A DNA stretch of 64,000 bases from the NCBI GenBank assembly GCA_033977065.1, contig JAXCHI010000004.1, positions 284,724-348,723 of the forward strand, read 5' to 3'. Source of the stretch: Candidatus Algichlamydia australiensis (GTDB lineage Bacteria > Chlamydiota > Chlamydiia > Chlamydiales > JAJFMI01). Below are positions 63,611-64,000 of this stretch, piece by piece (position 1 is the first letter of the stretch; each line of letters begins with the position of its first letter). Position numbers and translations under genes: made by a program. The notes under the pieces are model-generated. The model was not told where the DNA came from and ran no database searches. It saw nothing but the letters and a program-made list of their open reading frames with translations.

Positions 63611-64000
63611 CTATTCGAGGATTTTGCTAAAAGCCAGAGGCTCTGAGGCTAAAACAAAGGCTGTTGGAGGAAAGTGCTCTGTACGTGTAAGAAGTTTTTG
63701 GTAGTACTCTCCATAAGATTCCGGGGTTTCATCTAGGAGAGGGGGGCGCAGACCAAGAAAAATAAGATCAGCACCAGAGGAGGACTTTCGCATTGCTTCG
63801 GCAAAGAGATCGCCTTGAGCAAGGATCACTTCAGGTGTCAGAGGCAGGCGGCCATTGCAGGAGAGTTCGCGCAGCTTTTCTAAACTCTGCTCGCGGCTTT
63901 TTTCGTTGAAAATGGCGGTTTTCAGGTGGAGTTTTGCTCCGCGCCATTTTCCACTTGTGCGAAGCATGTGTGCAAAAAGAAGCATCAGTTCAGAGTTTTG
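63611..64000 (-). CDS. C-terminal part of a cation:chloride cotransporter (SLC12-like) / amino-acid permease family protein; N-terminus lies outside the window
   Basis: The frame is open to position 64000. LLFAHMLRTSGKWRGAKLHLKTAI resembles the SLC12 C-terminal domain pattern (LLxPYLL..W..CKIR). The call is weak. Confidence 0.45.
   Translation of the reverse strand, partial: QNSELMLLFAHMLRTSGKWRGAKLHLKTAIFNEKSREQSLEKLRELSCNGRLPLTPEVILAQGDLFAEAMRKSSSGADLIFLGLRPPLLDETPESYGEYYQKLLTRTEHFPPTAFVLASEPLAFSKILE

Overview
The 64 kb window reads as a chromosomal segment from a member of the phylum Chlamydiae, probably an environmental or amoeba-associated lineage. This assignment rests on gene content and gene order only; no database search was possible. 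Several housekeeping blocks match the chlamydial gene order as I remember it: bamA-recR-fabH-fabD-fabG-acpP, ssb-pepA, ybbR-cdaA divergent from cydAB, and a double-length uvrA. Other recognisable genes include potABCD, trxB, tag, arfB, acpS, rlmH, lgt, mazG, rsmE, pyk, LPS glycosyltransferases and an LpxL-like acyltransferase. A bacterial small SRP (4.5S) RNA gene lies in an ORF-free gap at 35292-35385 on the minus strand.

Lineage-specific accessory arrays sit between these blocks:
- Three tandem paralogs with paired (bilobed) hydrophobic segments, Inc-like, lie directly downstream of acpP (5873-9667).
- A roughly 7 kb island lies between uvrA and pyk (42937-50025). It holds three tandem transmembrane plus leucine-rich-repeat genes and three tandem single-TM genes.
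- A tandem pair of about 312 aa membrane proteins lies at 35491-37382.

Both large arrays carry molecular fossils of how they grew. A degraded copy of the last 22 codons of acpP, with its terminator and promoter module, is reiterated between the Inc-like genes. A degraded copy of the first codons of uvrA, with the divergent promoter, is reiterated between the LRR genes. LRR genes 1 and 2 share a 130 nt block that is near-identical and ends abruptly at codon 26.

The intergenic DNA holds at least four families of long imperfect palindromes or MITE-like repeats. A VapC/Phd-type toxin-antitoxin cassette is bracketed by 16 bp direct repeats. I found no CRISPR array, rRNA, tRNA, transposase or prophage genes. 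Functional readings of the accessory genes as secreted or inclusion-membrane effectors are inference only.
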